From positions 1-26,357 of the IMG/VR virus record IMGVR_UViG_3300020360_000012: a stretch of 26,357 nt of DNA; one strand, given 5' to 3'. This DNA is from a virus. Its lineage: Duplodnaviria > Caudoviricetes. The notes beneath the pieces are model-generated. The model saw only the letters and a program-made list of their open reading frames with translations, was not told the DNA's origin and made no database searches. This document shows, piece by piece, positions 6,496-16,500 of this stretch. A program made the translations under genes and the position numbers. Numbering within the stretch: the first letter of the stretch is position 1; each line of letters starts with the position of its first letter.

Positions 6496-6686
6496 GTATT
6501 GTATTTAGTTTATTTCTACTTTTAAATATAGCTAATCCGGAGAACAGAGCATTTTTTGAACAAGCATTAGCTAATCACAAACAATATGATTGCACTTTTG
6601 TTTTTAAAGGTATATCTGCGCCGCAAGATAGACCTGCAATGACTATGTTTGGGTATACTGCCTTCAAACAAATCTGTAAAAAATAA
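6492..6686 (+). CDS. Small hypothetical protein with hydrophobic N-terminus
   Basis: ATGA overlap, AAGGA RBS, signal-like MSIVFSLFLLLNIA, two Cys. Confidence 0.65.
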   Translation: MSIVFSLFLLLNIANPENRAFFEQALANHKQYDCTFVFKGISAPQDRPAMTMFGYTAFKQICKK

Positions 6687-6895
6687 TGTTCAAACTATTT
6701 GTAGTTACACTTTGGTTAGAATATGAAGGTAGAATGTATGTTAAATATGCTGTTCCTTTACTCTCAAAATGTAATGTTTTTACATGGTGGAGTATACAAG
6801 AACAATTTTTGTCATCTAAATTTAATGTAGTTGCAATGAAATGCACACGCTTTTCAGATTTTCGGTATGATAAACGTATATATTCTTTAGAATAG
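6686..6895 (+). CDS. Small hypothetical protein
   Basis: TAATG coupling to the previous gene; last gene of the + arm, overlapping the convergent gene by 9 nt. Confidence 0.6.
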   Translation: MFKLFVVTLWLEYEGRMYVKYAVPLLSKCNVFTWWSIQEQFLSSKFNVVAMKCTRFSDFRYDKRIYSLE

Positions 6896-7093
6896 ATACA
6901 ATAAAGCCATAACAATAGCTACAACGAGTATAGCTGAGCGTACAGGACGATTCATCATATAACGATACTTCATTCGCCAGTACTCTGTTTTAAGCATCCT
7001 CGACCATATATTGGTCTTAACTTTACCCTCTGTATTAATATATATGGGTTTATCATTATTTTCTGTATTTTTTCTTGGTCTACCTCTTGGCAT
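6887..7093 (-). CDS. Small membrane protein with N-terminal AT-hook-like motif
   Basis: Likely start ATG 7093 (MPRGRPRK) with GGAG upstream; C-terminal TM SAILVVAIVMALLYLF. Confidence 0.65.
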   Translation of the reverse strand: MPRGRPRKNTENNDKPIYINTEGKVKTNIWSRMLKTEYWRMKYRYMMNRPVRSAILVVAIVMALLYLF

Positions 7094-7499
7094 TACGTTT
7101 CTCCATTTTATTCTGTAGCACACCAAATGCTCCTTTACCTACACGAAGTCCATATGAGGCACTAACAGAAATTAATATTATATGAGTGAACCAATCCGGT
7201 GTTGACTTCTCTAAGAATTCAAAACCTTGACGTACAGAATCTTGTGTGAATGGTAAAAATGAGCAAATCAATATACCACCGATTACAAGAGTCCAAAATT
7301 CGTCTTTCCATGACTCTCCCATTTGGTCAGTTAAACTTTGCTGTAGGTCTATCTCACCTGCCGCTTGTTTCTTGGCTATCTCGGCACGACTTTTTGCAAT
7401 AGCTACTCTTGTTTCTGTTTCGGCTTTAATCTTTTGATTGCGACCTTCAAGCCACGTTGAAACTACAGAACCTATTGGGCCAAGTAATGCACCTATCAT
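7080..7499 (-). CDS. Putative holin (3-TM, GTA-holin-like)
   Basis: MIGALLGPIGSVVSTWLE, SWKDEFWTLV...PFTQ and PDWF...ASYGLR; hydrophobic segments; adjacent to the endolysin. Confidence 0.7.
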   Translation of the reverse strand: MIGALLGPIGSVVSTWLEGRNQKIKAETETRVAIAKSRAEIAKKQAAGEIDLQQSLTDQMGESWKDEFWTLVIGGILICSFLPFTQDSVRQGFEFLEKSTPDWFTHIILISVSASYGLRVGKGAFGVLQNKMEKRNAKR

Positions 7500-7948
7500 T
7501 TTATTAGTCCTTTTCTATACCCGTTGACCTTATCATAGGTTAAAACTTCTTGTCTATTATTTTCTTGTACGAGTGAAACGTGTACCCACCCACTATTTGT
7601 TTCTCCTGTATAGCACTCCAATATACATTGGTCAAAATTAAGTGAAGTAACAATAAGGTCTGCAAGGTCATAAGTTGATGTACCAAATACTTCAATATCA
7701 ACGGCATTGCCTACACAATGTTGACTTTTAGATGAGGAACCAATCGCTTCACTTAACGGAGGACAGCGATAACCACTTGTAATTACAATTGGTTTCTGCA
7801 CAAGTGTTCGTAATGGTTCTAAAAGATTGGTAGCCAAATGGGTGAGGTTGGTAATATGTAATGGGGAAGGATAATTGTCTATACCTAATCTCTCAGCCAT
7901 TTGGCTTTTAGTAAATTCTCTTAATGAAAAATGTGGACTTAATTGCAC
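7496..7948 (-). CDS. Endolysin, peptidase M15A family
   Basis: LSPHFSLREFTKS, ITSGYRC..L..AIG....SQHCVGNAVDI and GWVHVS (Zn ligands H, D, H). Confidence 0.92.
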   Translation of the reverse strand: MQLSPHFSLREFTKSQMAERLGIDNYPSPLHITNLTHLATNLLEPLRTLVQKPIVITSGYRCPPLSEAIGSSSKSQHCVGNAVDIEVFGTSTYDLADLIVTSLNFDQCILECYTGETNSGWVHVSLVQENNRQEVLTYDKVNGYRKGLIK

Positions 7949-8427
7949 TAAATAAATCCTTTCATTTTCAAAAGAAATCCAAAGTAATTATACATTACAA
8001 TACTTGCAATGATAAGTACAATTGTAATAATTACAATATCTCTATTTCTTTTTTTTATTCTTTCCATTTCTCGCAGTTGCTGTTTTTTTTTTGCTCTATG
8101 CTCTGCTATCTCAGCTTGTAATCGTTCCCATTGCCCGGCATCTCCATATAATAAAAAGATTTCACGCATTTCTTTTCTCATTCTACGTAATTCTTCTTTA
8201 CGAAAATGAGCTTCAATTGCTGTTTGTTCTGTTGCAGAAAACTTACCAAATATTTTACCTACAAAACTACCTTTCTTTGCCGCCGCTACATCTATATTTG
8301 CTTCTGCATTTGCCCATTTCTGTACATGCCCACCTAACTGCGATAAATCTTTACCTACTTTTATTGCTTCTTGTATTGCATTAGTTGCAGTTTTTAAAAC
8401 AGCAAATGCACTGATAGGGTCTATCAT
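7948..8427 (-). CDS. Membrane-anchored coiled-coil protein (lysis region)
   Basis: MIDPISAFA N-terminus, charged coiled coil, C-terminal TM; TAATG-coupled. Confidence 0.7.
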   Translation of the reverse strand: MIDPISAFAVLKTATNAIQEAIKVGKDLSQLGGHVQKWANAEANIDVAAAKKGSFVGKIFGKFSATEQTAIEAHFRKEELRRMRKEMREIFLLYGDAGQWERLQAEIAEHRAKKKQQLREMERIKKRNRDIVIITIVLIIASIVMYNYFGFLLKMKGFI

Positions 8428-8621
8428 TAGAATACCTTAAATATTATAGTTAATCCTACTCCTAATATAGATATTGTACTGGTCATTGAAAGCAGTTCTA
8501 ATCGTTTAATTCTACTTTCTAGATTATCAAGACTGCGTTGTGTAGAAGAACGATATACAGCACACTCACGTTCATGTGCTTCCATCTCTGCCGCAACATC
8601 ATGAATAGTTCTTGTGTCCAT
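8427..8621 (-). CDS. Small coiled-coil/TM protein (XhlA-like, lysis region)
   Basis: HERECAVYR...RIKRLE followed by a C-terminal hydrophobic helix. Confidence 0.6.
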   Translation of the reverse strand: MDTRTIHDVAAEMEAHERECAVYRSSTQRSLDNLESRIKRLELLSMTSTISILGVGLTIIFKVF

Positions 8622-8914
8622 TATTTAGGTTTCTCTGGCATAGTTACAGCTTTAGCTTTATCAACTGTATCTACATCTTTAGTTATATCTCTTAACTTTT
8701 GTCTATACGTTTTCCAATCAGCAGACATTGTTAAATCTGACATTCCCATCCAATCACATTCCATTAATAGGTCAGTTCTTTCTTGACGAATATTAGCCAT
8801 TAGTCTGTCATACTCACCATCTGCCCAAGTTTTATCTCTAGCTTCTAGTTCTTTGATTTCGTCAGCAGTTAATTCTACTTCCTTACCATTAACCATTTTA
8901 TATTTATACGACAT
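8621..8914 (-). CDS. Tail fibre assembly chaperone
   Basis: IRQERTDLLMECDW....D......WKTYRQKLRDIT...MPEKP signature; AGGAGG RBS. Confidence 0.82.
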   Translation of the reverse strand: MSYKYKMVNGKEVELTADEIKELEARDKTWADGEYDRLMANIRQERTDLLMECDWMGMSDLTMSADWKTYRQKLRDITKDVDTVDKAKAVTMPEKPK

Positions 8915-8932
8915 ATTTACCTCCTTTCTATT

Positions 8933-9544
8933 TTAATCTACTATTCCATAAGCAGTAATTGTTCCTGCATAATTACCACTTGATGCTTCAAATTTAACAT
9001 AAGGTGTTATTGTTGTAGCATTAAACCTACCATTTATAATTGATGTAAATATATAATTACTAGAAGCATTAAAATTTAAATGTCCGTGATACCTTGCTTT
9101 TACTGAACTATCGTTTATTGCAAATAGTGTAATTTCAAATGTGTGATGTTCTCCAGTACTTGGTACATAATAAACTACTGCCGCACCACCAGTATCTGTC
9201 TGTCCAGAGTTATGCCAATCTGTATAACTAATAGAATTTGCACCACCACTACTATTAGTATGATTTCTAATACCAGCTTTTTGTATTTGTGTAGAAAAAG
9301 TATCTGATGCAGTACCAAAAAACATATTTAAGTTTGGATTACTTGCAGAAAAAGAACTAAGATTATGTCCAAATATTTTGTATGCTTTATATGTTGTGCC
9401 TATTGTTGCACTTGTTAAATCAAATGTAATAGATGGATTTGTACCACCATTTGTACTAGATACTAATTTAACCAACCCACCCGTTGCAAAAGGTAATGCA
9501 GTTACACTAGATAAAGTATTATTGTTTGCTCTAATTATTGCCAT
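8933..9544 (-). CDS. Tail fibre/receptor-binding module, paralogue 1
   Basis: S/T/G-rich; GGLVKL..TYKAYKI...VKF.ASSGN..GTITAYGI domain shared with the two upstream genes. Confidence 0.7.
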   Translation of the reverse strand: MAIIRANNNTLSSVTALPFATGGLVKLVSSTNGGTNPSITFDLTSATIGTTYKAYKIFGHNLSSFSASNPNLNMFFGTASDTFSTQIQKAGIRNHTNSSGGANSISYTDWHNSGQTDTGGAAVVYYVPSTGEHHTFEITLFAINDSSVKARYHGHLNFNASSNYIFTSIINGRFNATTITPYVKFEASSGNYAGTITAYGIVD

Positions 9545-10590
9545 TATTCTACTATCCCATAAACTGTGAATTGACCTTTTGTTATATTTCCACTTGCACC
9601 AAAAAACTTAATATAATTCTGTGCTGTTGTAAGTGAACTTTGAAATCCAAAAAATACATAATATGCAGAACCATTATTGTTTTGATGTATATATGTGCCG
9701 TGATACATTTTATTATTTTGTGTTTGTGTAAAATATGGTAATTGAAGTTCTAAAAAATTAGTTTTTATAGTGCTTGTTGCATCGTGATTCCAACCATTAA
9801 ATTCGTAATAGTTTGTAGTTGCAGACCATGCGGCACCAGCTTCTGTACCACTTCCGATTGTTCTATAAAAATAACCCCCATTACCTGTAAAAGAAATTGT
9901 TGAACCATTATCTGGTGAGTCAGCAAATCTAAAATCAGCATTTGTTGATAAAACAAAATCGTTAATTCTAATTAAATAACTCTTATATGTTGATGTAAAA
10001 ACTGTATTATCAAAAGCAACTTCTGAACTAGAAGATGCAGTAGACGTTGCAAGTTTTACATAAGAACCCGCATTACCAAAAGAAAGATTGCCACTACCAT
10101 CAGTAATCAATGCTTTGTCAGCACTTGGTGCTGTACTTGGCAAAGTTAATGTATAGCTTTGTGATGCTGAATGAGGTGGTGCTTTTATTTTAACTCCATG
10201 ACTATTTTGTTCGCAGTTTAATTGTATTGCACCCGAATCTGAACCTGCACCTTTTGATATAAGTGTAGGTGCTGTAGCTAACTTATCATTTGTAATAGTG
10301 CTATCGCTAACTGTACCTACATTTAAAACATCTCCTAATACTAAAATAAAATCTATAGAATCACCTGTAACAAGATTACTAGCAAAAGTAATTGTATGAT
10401 TTGATATAGTAAATGAAGAAGTAGGATTCTGTATTATACCATTAAGACTTACAAGCATTTGATTTGCACTTGCAGGACTAAAATTAACAGAGTCTTTCTG
10501 CATAGTATATGCCGCTTGACCATTAACTACAGATATAGTGTCTAGCTTTATAAAGTTTCCTGTTATAGGTTGTTGTCCAATATAAGGCAT
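9544..10590 (-). CDS. Tail fibre/receptor-binding module, paralogue 2
   Basis: MPYIGQQP N-terminus, LNGIIQNP beta-domain, YTLTLP...TDGSGNLSF linker, then the shared C-terminal domain. Confidence 0.75.
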   Translation of the reverse strand: MPYIGQQPITGNFIKLDTISVVNGQAAYTMQKDSVNFSPASANQMLVSLNGIIQNPTSSFTISNHTITFASNLVTGDSIDFILVLGDVLNVGTVSDSTITNDKLATAPTLISKGAGSDSGAIQLNCEQNSHGVKIKAPPHSASQSYTLTLPSTAPSADKALITDGSGNLSFGNAGSYVKLATSTASSSSEVAFDNTVFTSTYKSYLIRINDFVLSTNADFRFADSPDNGSTISFTGNGGYFYRTIGSGTEAGAAWSATTNYYEFNGWNHDATSTIKTNFLELQLPYFTQTQNNKMYHGTYIHQNNNGSAYYVFFGFQSSLTTAQNYIKFFGASGNITKGQFTVYGIVE

Positions 10591-11192
10591 TATTTTGCTA
10601 TCCCAAATAAATTAAATGCTTTTACTTCAATATTTCCAGAACTCATATAAAATCTTATTCCATTAACAACACTACTGCTAGAGTCGTTGTCTTGTGAACC
10701 TGCCATAATATGTGCTTTCGTATCAGCCGAATCACTAAGAGCTTGAATCCGTAAAGTTTCAACTTGTATTACTGATGCCATTGCTGTGCTATTTACATTT
10801 CTTATATATCCTGTAGAAATAAATCCTCCCGTTGTTGCCGCAGTATGACTTGAAGCAACGATTCTCATCTCTGTACCTCCATGAGTATCTGTTGCAAAAC
10901 TACTTGAATCAACTCTAGCTATATGCCAAGTATAATCTTGCGAAACAACAGAACCACCAACAAAGAATTTAGCATATAAAGCGGCAGTTGCACTTGGTAC
11001 AGCATTAAGTATGAAAAAATAATCATCATAAGTAGAATTAATATATGTGCTTGATATATCATACTGACTAGCAGCTGAAACATTTGATTGGGTAAATAGT
11101 TTTACTAAACCACCTGCACCACTTACTGTGCCTGTAAAAGCATAGGTATCAGCTAGGTTCATTGATTCAGCTTGTATTTTACTTAATGGCAT
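10590..11192 (-). CDS. Tail fibre/receptor-binding module, paralogue 3
   Basis: MPLSKIQAESMNLADTYAFTGTVSGAG leader, then GGLVKL..STYDDYFF...GIRFYMSSGNI...NLFGI. Confidence 0.7.
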   Translation of the reverse strand: MPLSKIQAESMNLADTYAFTGTVSGAGGLVKLFTQSNVSAASQYDISSTYINSTYDDYFFILNAVPSATAALYAKFFVGGSVVSQDYTWHIARVDSSSFATDTHGGTEMRIVASSHTAATTGGFISTGYIRNVNSTAMASVIQVETLRIQALSDSADTKAHIMAGSQDNDSSSSVVNGIRFYMSSGNIEVKAFNLFGIAK

Positions 11193-11195
11193 AAT

Positions 11196-11513
11196 CTATT
11201 CCTTTGGGTATTTCTTCTTAATTGCAGTAACATTTTCTTGCCACTTGGTTAATCCGTTTTCTGTTATATATTCAAGCTGTTGTTCAACAGTTCCATACTC
11301 AGCTTTTCTATTATCTATTACTGTTGCATTTTTTTCTAGTTTATTTGCATCAGATTCTTTAGCTTTAAGTTCATCATCTGTTGGTTTAGCTTTATCTTTT
11401 ATATTCCATTCAAGTATATATGCACCTTTACCGTCATCTTGCAAAGTTACTTCAGTTAAAAAGTCAACACTTCTTCCCATATATGCTTCTATTTTTTTAT
11501 CAAGATTTGCCAT
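11196..11513 (-). CDS. XkdW-like tail fibre chaperone
   Basis: LQDDGKGAYILEWN...KPTDDEL and RKAEYG..EQQLE...W......IKKKYPK patterns; follows a fibre gene. Confidence 0.65.
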   Translation of the reverse strand: MANLDKKIEAYMGRSVDFLTEVTLQDDGKGAYILEWNIKDKAKPTDDELKAKESDANKLEKNATVIDNRKAEYGTVEQQLEYITENGLTKWQENVTAIKKKYPKE

Positions 11514-11514
11514 A

Positions 11515-12333
11515 TTAAGTTCCTAATTTAAATGCTCCAAAATAAACATCTCTTGCAGTTGCTGTTGATACTGCATAGGGTGTTCCACTAGACAAACCAG
11601 GATATGTATAAAGTTCAATATAATCACTTGAACCATTAAAATCAATTATAACTCCAACACCTACACCACCACCATTACCTAATGTTGCTCTATTGTCCAT
11701 ATAACCAGCAAATCGTGTTCCACTTGTACCATTTTTAAAAATAACATTTAACATCCATGAGCAAGTGCTTTGTCCACTTGTTGTAATATTAACATTTGCA
11801 AAACAATAATATTTTCCTGCTGTTGTAGGTGTAAATCTATAATTACTTGAGTTGTCATATAATCCATCAGAATCAAAAACTTCTGTATTACAATTTACTT
11901 TGTTATAAGCATTATTAGTTAATGTTTGAGTTGCACTTAAATATGCAAAAAATGCAGGAGTATTTGGTGTTGTAGATATACTTGCAAAACTATTATCACC
12001 TCTTAAAAATGTACTACTACTTTTTGTACCTGTAGCTGATAACTGTGCTAAACCTACACTACCACTTGCAGGATTAATTGTACCTACGGCTCTACCTATA
12101 TAGACACAATACATATCATCTGAACCTGCTGTTGCCTCTGTGAGCGTTAAACTTGTACCAGAAGCCGAATATGCTGTCGTAGGTTCTTGTCTTACATTGT
12201 TTATATATAATGCTATATCATTAGCATTAGTTACAGATTGAGATAACGTATAACTTGTTGTAGCACTTACAGAAAAATCTTGTTTAACAAGCGATTGTGA
12301 TGATGTTATAGGTGCAGAACCAAGATAAGGCAT
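11515..12333 (-). CDS. Tail fibre module with C1q/TNF-like C-terminal domain
   Basis: MPYLGSAP N-terminus, INNVRQEP domain, TFLRGDNSF linker, then TPAFFAY...EVFDSDGLYD...RFTPTTAGKYY...DYIELY...YFGAFKL. Confidence 0.75.
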   Translation of the reverse strand: MPYLGSAPITSSQSLVKQDFSVSATTSYTLSQSVTNANDIALYINNVRQEPTTAYSASGTSLTLTEATAGSDDMYCVYIGRAVGTINPASGSVGLAQLSATGTKSSSTFLRGDNSFASISTTPNTPAFFAYLSATQTLTNNAYNKVNCNTEVFDSDGLYDNSSNYRFTPTTAGKYYCFANVNITTSGQSTCSWMLNVIFKNGTSGTRFAGYMDNRATLGNGGGVGVGVIIDFNGSSDYIELYTYPGLSSGTPYAVSTATARDVYFGAFKLGT

Positions 12334-12677
12334 TAGGTTATCTCCATAATTGACAATGCAACATCTAATGCCGTTGCGGCACTTGCTTGTGCTTTAATAA
12401 CATCAGTAGTTTGCACGACAACTTTTTGTCCTCCAAACACCTCAAGTGTAGTATTAGCAGGTATATCTACTCCTTTTAACAAAAAGACATCTGCATTTGT
12501 TTCTGTATCATTTGTGTTACTTACTAATTGTACATCTGCAGTTATTGCACTACTTGTCTTATTACTTAATGCCATACCTAATACAACAGTACTTGTGCTT
12601 GTAGGCACAGTATAAATTGTATCTAATGACCCATTACTTACACTTGCTTTTGTTTTTACTTTAAATGTATTTGCCAT
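12333..12677 (-). CDS. Tail-associated small virion protein
   Basis: MANTFK...IYTVP..T.TVVLG...KVVVQTTDVIK...LSIMEIT; this type typically follows the AIALG-ending fibre in marine podoviruses. Confidence 0.65.
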   Translation of the reverse strand: MANTFKVKTKASVSNGSLDTIYTVPTSTSTVVLGMALSNKTSSAITADVQLVSNTNDTETNADVFLLKGVDIPANTTLEVFGGQKVVVQTTDVIKAQASAATALDVALSIMEIT

Positions 12678-12690
12678 AATGTTTCCTATA

Positions 12691-13542
12691 TTATCCTAAA
12701 GCAATAGCTAATGCAACAGGGTCGGGTGCAGTATTAGTAATTGTTACTGTATCTGTTGCACTTACTGCTACTTGCATATTTGTTCCTGCTGTAAAGGTTA
12801 ATGTATTTCCGTCTGTTATACTTTGTGTGGTTGACCCATCAGAAATAGTAAAACTATTAAAGGTACCCGTACCATCAGCACCATCGCTCCCCGGATTTCC
12901 TTGTGCACCTGTCGCACCCGCAGGAATACCTAATGCTAATACACCTGTTGATGTATTATAAGATGCTGTGGCTGTTGCACCTGCACTTAATGAACTAACT
13001 GTAACACCACCTGCTAATGGTTGTGTGCTCACTGCAACATTACCATCTGTATCAAACGATAAAATTTTATTTGCTCTAGTTGCTTTTACTGGAATAAATG
13101 TAGTAGCTGATACTGTATCATAGTCATATAGTTTTAAACTTCTACTGCTTTGTTGATTAACATCTGCAACCATAGATGCAAATTTATCTTGTTGTGTGTT
13201 AAGCGCAGTAACATCAAATGTACCATTTACAGGAAAATCACTTGTTCTTTCAATTGGTGTTTCTCTTATTATTACAACTATATCACCTGCTGTAAGTCCT
13301 GCTCCAAATGTAACTGTACCACCATCACCAAACTCATAAGCACTATCTGTTGTACTAGATGTTCCTGTTACTTTGTATGTAGTATTAGTAGTAGCACTAC
13401 TATTAAATGTCATAAGTGCTGTATTTTTATATACTTTTAAGTCTGTAATATTAAAAAATTCAAAAGGTACAGTAAACGCAGTTTGATTGCTTGAAGCTGT
13501 ATAGCTTACACGAGGTGTATTATTTGCACTTAATATCGTCAT
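12691..13542 (-). CDS. Tail fibre adaptor (T7 gp17 N-terminal-like) with short collagen repeat
   Basis: YTAS.NQTAFTVPFEFF...DLKVY, IIRETPIERTSDF...ALN.QQDK; G-X-Y run GATGAQGNPGSDGADG; ends VALAIALG. Confidence 0.8.
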   Translation of the reverse strand: MTILSANNTPRVSYTASSNQTAFTVPFEFFNITDLKVYKNTALMTFNSSATTNTTYKVTGTSSTTDSAYEFGDGGTVTFGAGLTAGDIVVIIRETPIERTSDFPVNGTFDVTALNTQQDKFASMVADVNQQSSRSLKLYDYDTVSATTFIPVKATRANKILSFDTDGNVAVSTQPLAGGVTVSSLSAGATATASYNTSTGVLALGIPAGATGAQGNPGSDGADGTGTFNSFTISDGSTTQSITDGNTLTFTAGTNMQVAVSATDTVTITNTAPDPVALAIALG

Positions 13543-16500
13543 CTTAGTATAGCGTCATTGTACATATTTCTAAATGATTCATCAATATAAAATAAACTAT
13601 TAAATGGTATCATTCTTCTTATAAGTGTAGCTTTTTCATTGTAAGTAAGATTACCAGTTCCAAACGCATAAAGCAAATCTGCAATCATACTAGGGCCTGC
13701 TCCTACAATTTCACCTAATGCACTAATAGCATCTGGGTCACCAAAGCGTCCTTCTTGTCCTAGCAATGGTCTAAGTCCAATAGGTTTGCGAAATAAACCA
13801 CCACTTAATGTTTCTGCAATATAGTTTAAATCACCAAACAATCCTAATACACCAGATAATTCTACACCTCTAATTACTTTTTCTTCAAAATCTTTTTGTC
13901 CATAAAATGATGGATTTTTTAAATAATCACCTAACATACCCATAGAAATAGCGGCAGTTATACCACTCATTACAGCACGTTCTCTACCTTGTACCATTGA
14001 TGTTAAAACTTTTCTATTAGCGGCAATACCCCAAGAAAAGAATTGAAATGGTAATCCCATATATGCATTACTAAACTTGCCACCCATATCTGTTTTTGTA
14101 TATCCCAACATTCTAAAAAAATTATTATCTAATAAGTTTGCATACTCTTCATTATTAATACGAATTACACCTGTCATCATATTAAATTTATCTGCAGGAG
14201 TTGGAGTTACAATAGTACGTTGTGTATCAGACCATATAGCATTTGATAGTTTTCTTCTTGCACTATCTGCACCTGCTCCTGTCCATTCTTGAGCATTTGC
14301 AACATATGCTACATCATCTACTTTTTCTACAGGCATATTTGCAATTACTTCTGCTGTACGTTTATCAATACCATAACTAAGTAAACGCTCTTGACCAAAC
14401 GAATCTAGTGTACCTTTATTCCATTTAATAGAATCTTCAATAAAACGGTGCATTGCAATATTAGTCTGAAATCTTTTCATTAAATGAGTCCAAGGTGTAA
14501 GACCATTTAACATAAAGAACGGGCCTTGTGCTCGTTCTAGTGGTTGTTCAATAAAACGTCCAAATGTATCACCAAGCCTATTACCACCTTGTACACCACT
14601 TTCTGCAAGTTCTCTATATGCGGCAGTATCTAAAGACATTTCCATAATTGGTGCAAGATAATTAATATCTTTGACTGCTCTTGAATATACATCAAGATTT
14701 TGTAGCCAAGGTTTAATTGCTACTTTATATGATTGTTCAAAACCATGCACCATAACTGGTCTTGCAACATCTACAAGTGCAGAAAATATAACTCTACCCA
14801 TCATTGCAACACTTGCCCAATTACGTAATGTTTTAGCTGTTCTTGCTCCAAAAGATGTTGGGTCTTGTGTATTAAGAATACCTAAAACTTTATCTTTTTC
14901 ATCTCTAAATCCATTAATTATAGTATTGATTTCATTTCTTGGTGTATTTGCTTTTATAAGTTTTATTTCTAAATCATCTAAAAAATTAACCATATGTGTA
15001 TCACCAAACTCTTCTGCTAATCGTATTGCAGGTGCCATTCGTGCATGATAACTTCTAAGTAAAAATTCTGTATCTAATTCTATAAAATCAAGAACATCTT
15101 TATTAGGTATATCTAATTCTCTTTGTAATAAATTTTTTGCACCTACTTTAAATCTACCATCAACATCTTTAGCAAATCCTCCTATACCTTCGCCATCTTG
15201 CATAGTCGCTTCATTATCTACAATTTTATTATATACATCTTCTACTTTAGTATTTATATCATCAACAAATCCTCTACTTTTTAAAAACTCATCTAACTCT
15301 TCTCCACTTAGATTATTTGGAATTGTTGCTTTTTGTCTTTGTAATTTAGTTTGATAATATTTTCTAAGTATTTCTTTAAATTGTGGAGCATTATGTCTAA
15401 TTTTATCAATTAACCACACTCTTGGTAAAAAGTTTTCTTCTATTGTTTGTTCTGAAAAACCTGCTTTTTTTGCAAATTTTTCTTCTTCTCTTTTTAATTT
15501 ATTAATTTTTTGCTGAAGTAATTGTTTACTTTCATTATTAAGTTTTGTGGTATCAAGCTTTTCTGCTTTTCTTCTATTATATAATTTATTAAGCTGAAAT
15601 ATTTTAAAACTATCTTGAGATGCAAACATTTCATTTTGTTTACCTTGTTTTAATTTTTTTTTAAAATATTTATCAAGTCTTGCAATCGACCTTTTATATA
15701 TATTTTGCACACTAACATCTAATTGAAATTGTTCTATTAAATCTGGGTCTATACGTAACTTTCCTAGTTGTTGAAAATATTCTCTATCTGTAAGTTTTGC
15801 AGGTTCATCTCCTAGCTTTTGTCTAAGTATATTTTTACGTACTGTATTAACTACTTTTTCTCCAAATAGTGCACCTTTACCAATAAATTGTTGTACAGCA
15901 CCTGTTGTAGGGTCAATACCTCTAAGTTCCATATAATCTTGTTTAATACCATCTAAAACTTCTAATAAATCAGCCGCATCTTCTGTTGCATTACGCATTA
16001 CAACACTAGAATCACCTGCAATACCTAAATCTATAGCACGTTGTGATGTAGAAAAATCTCCACTAAGATTTAATGCTCTTGTTTGTATATATTTTATTAA
16101 ACTTGGTGGTGCATTTTTTAATCTTTTTGCAGTTCTATTAACAAGATTACCTAAATTACCCCAACTATCGACATTTGATAAAAATGCACCTGCTTTTATG
16201 CTTCTATCTGCTTTATTTTCTCTAGTAATATCTTCTAAAATTACATTATCTATTCTATTTTCATAATCTACTAATAATTCATCTTTTTGTTGTCTAAATT
16301 TGCTATTTTTTGGTGCTTGTTTTTTTAAAAGTTCTTTTTTTATATTAAACTTAATAAAATCATCTGTATTTTTAATAATAGAACGAGGTAATGGTATTCT
16401 TCCTTTGCCCTGTGGTTGTAAACCTCGTCCTGTTTGTGCTAATCTGTATGCTTGTGCTAAATCTATATACATTATTTCTTCTTTAGCATCATACTTTAAC

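Noticed and set aside
8933-12333. Diversity-generating retroelement acting on tail fibres (BPP-1-like context)
   Set aside because: No reverse transcriptase and no near-identical TR/VR pair differing at adenines was seen; the paralogues are deeply diverged.
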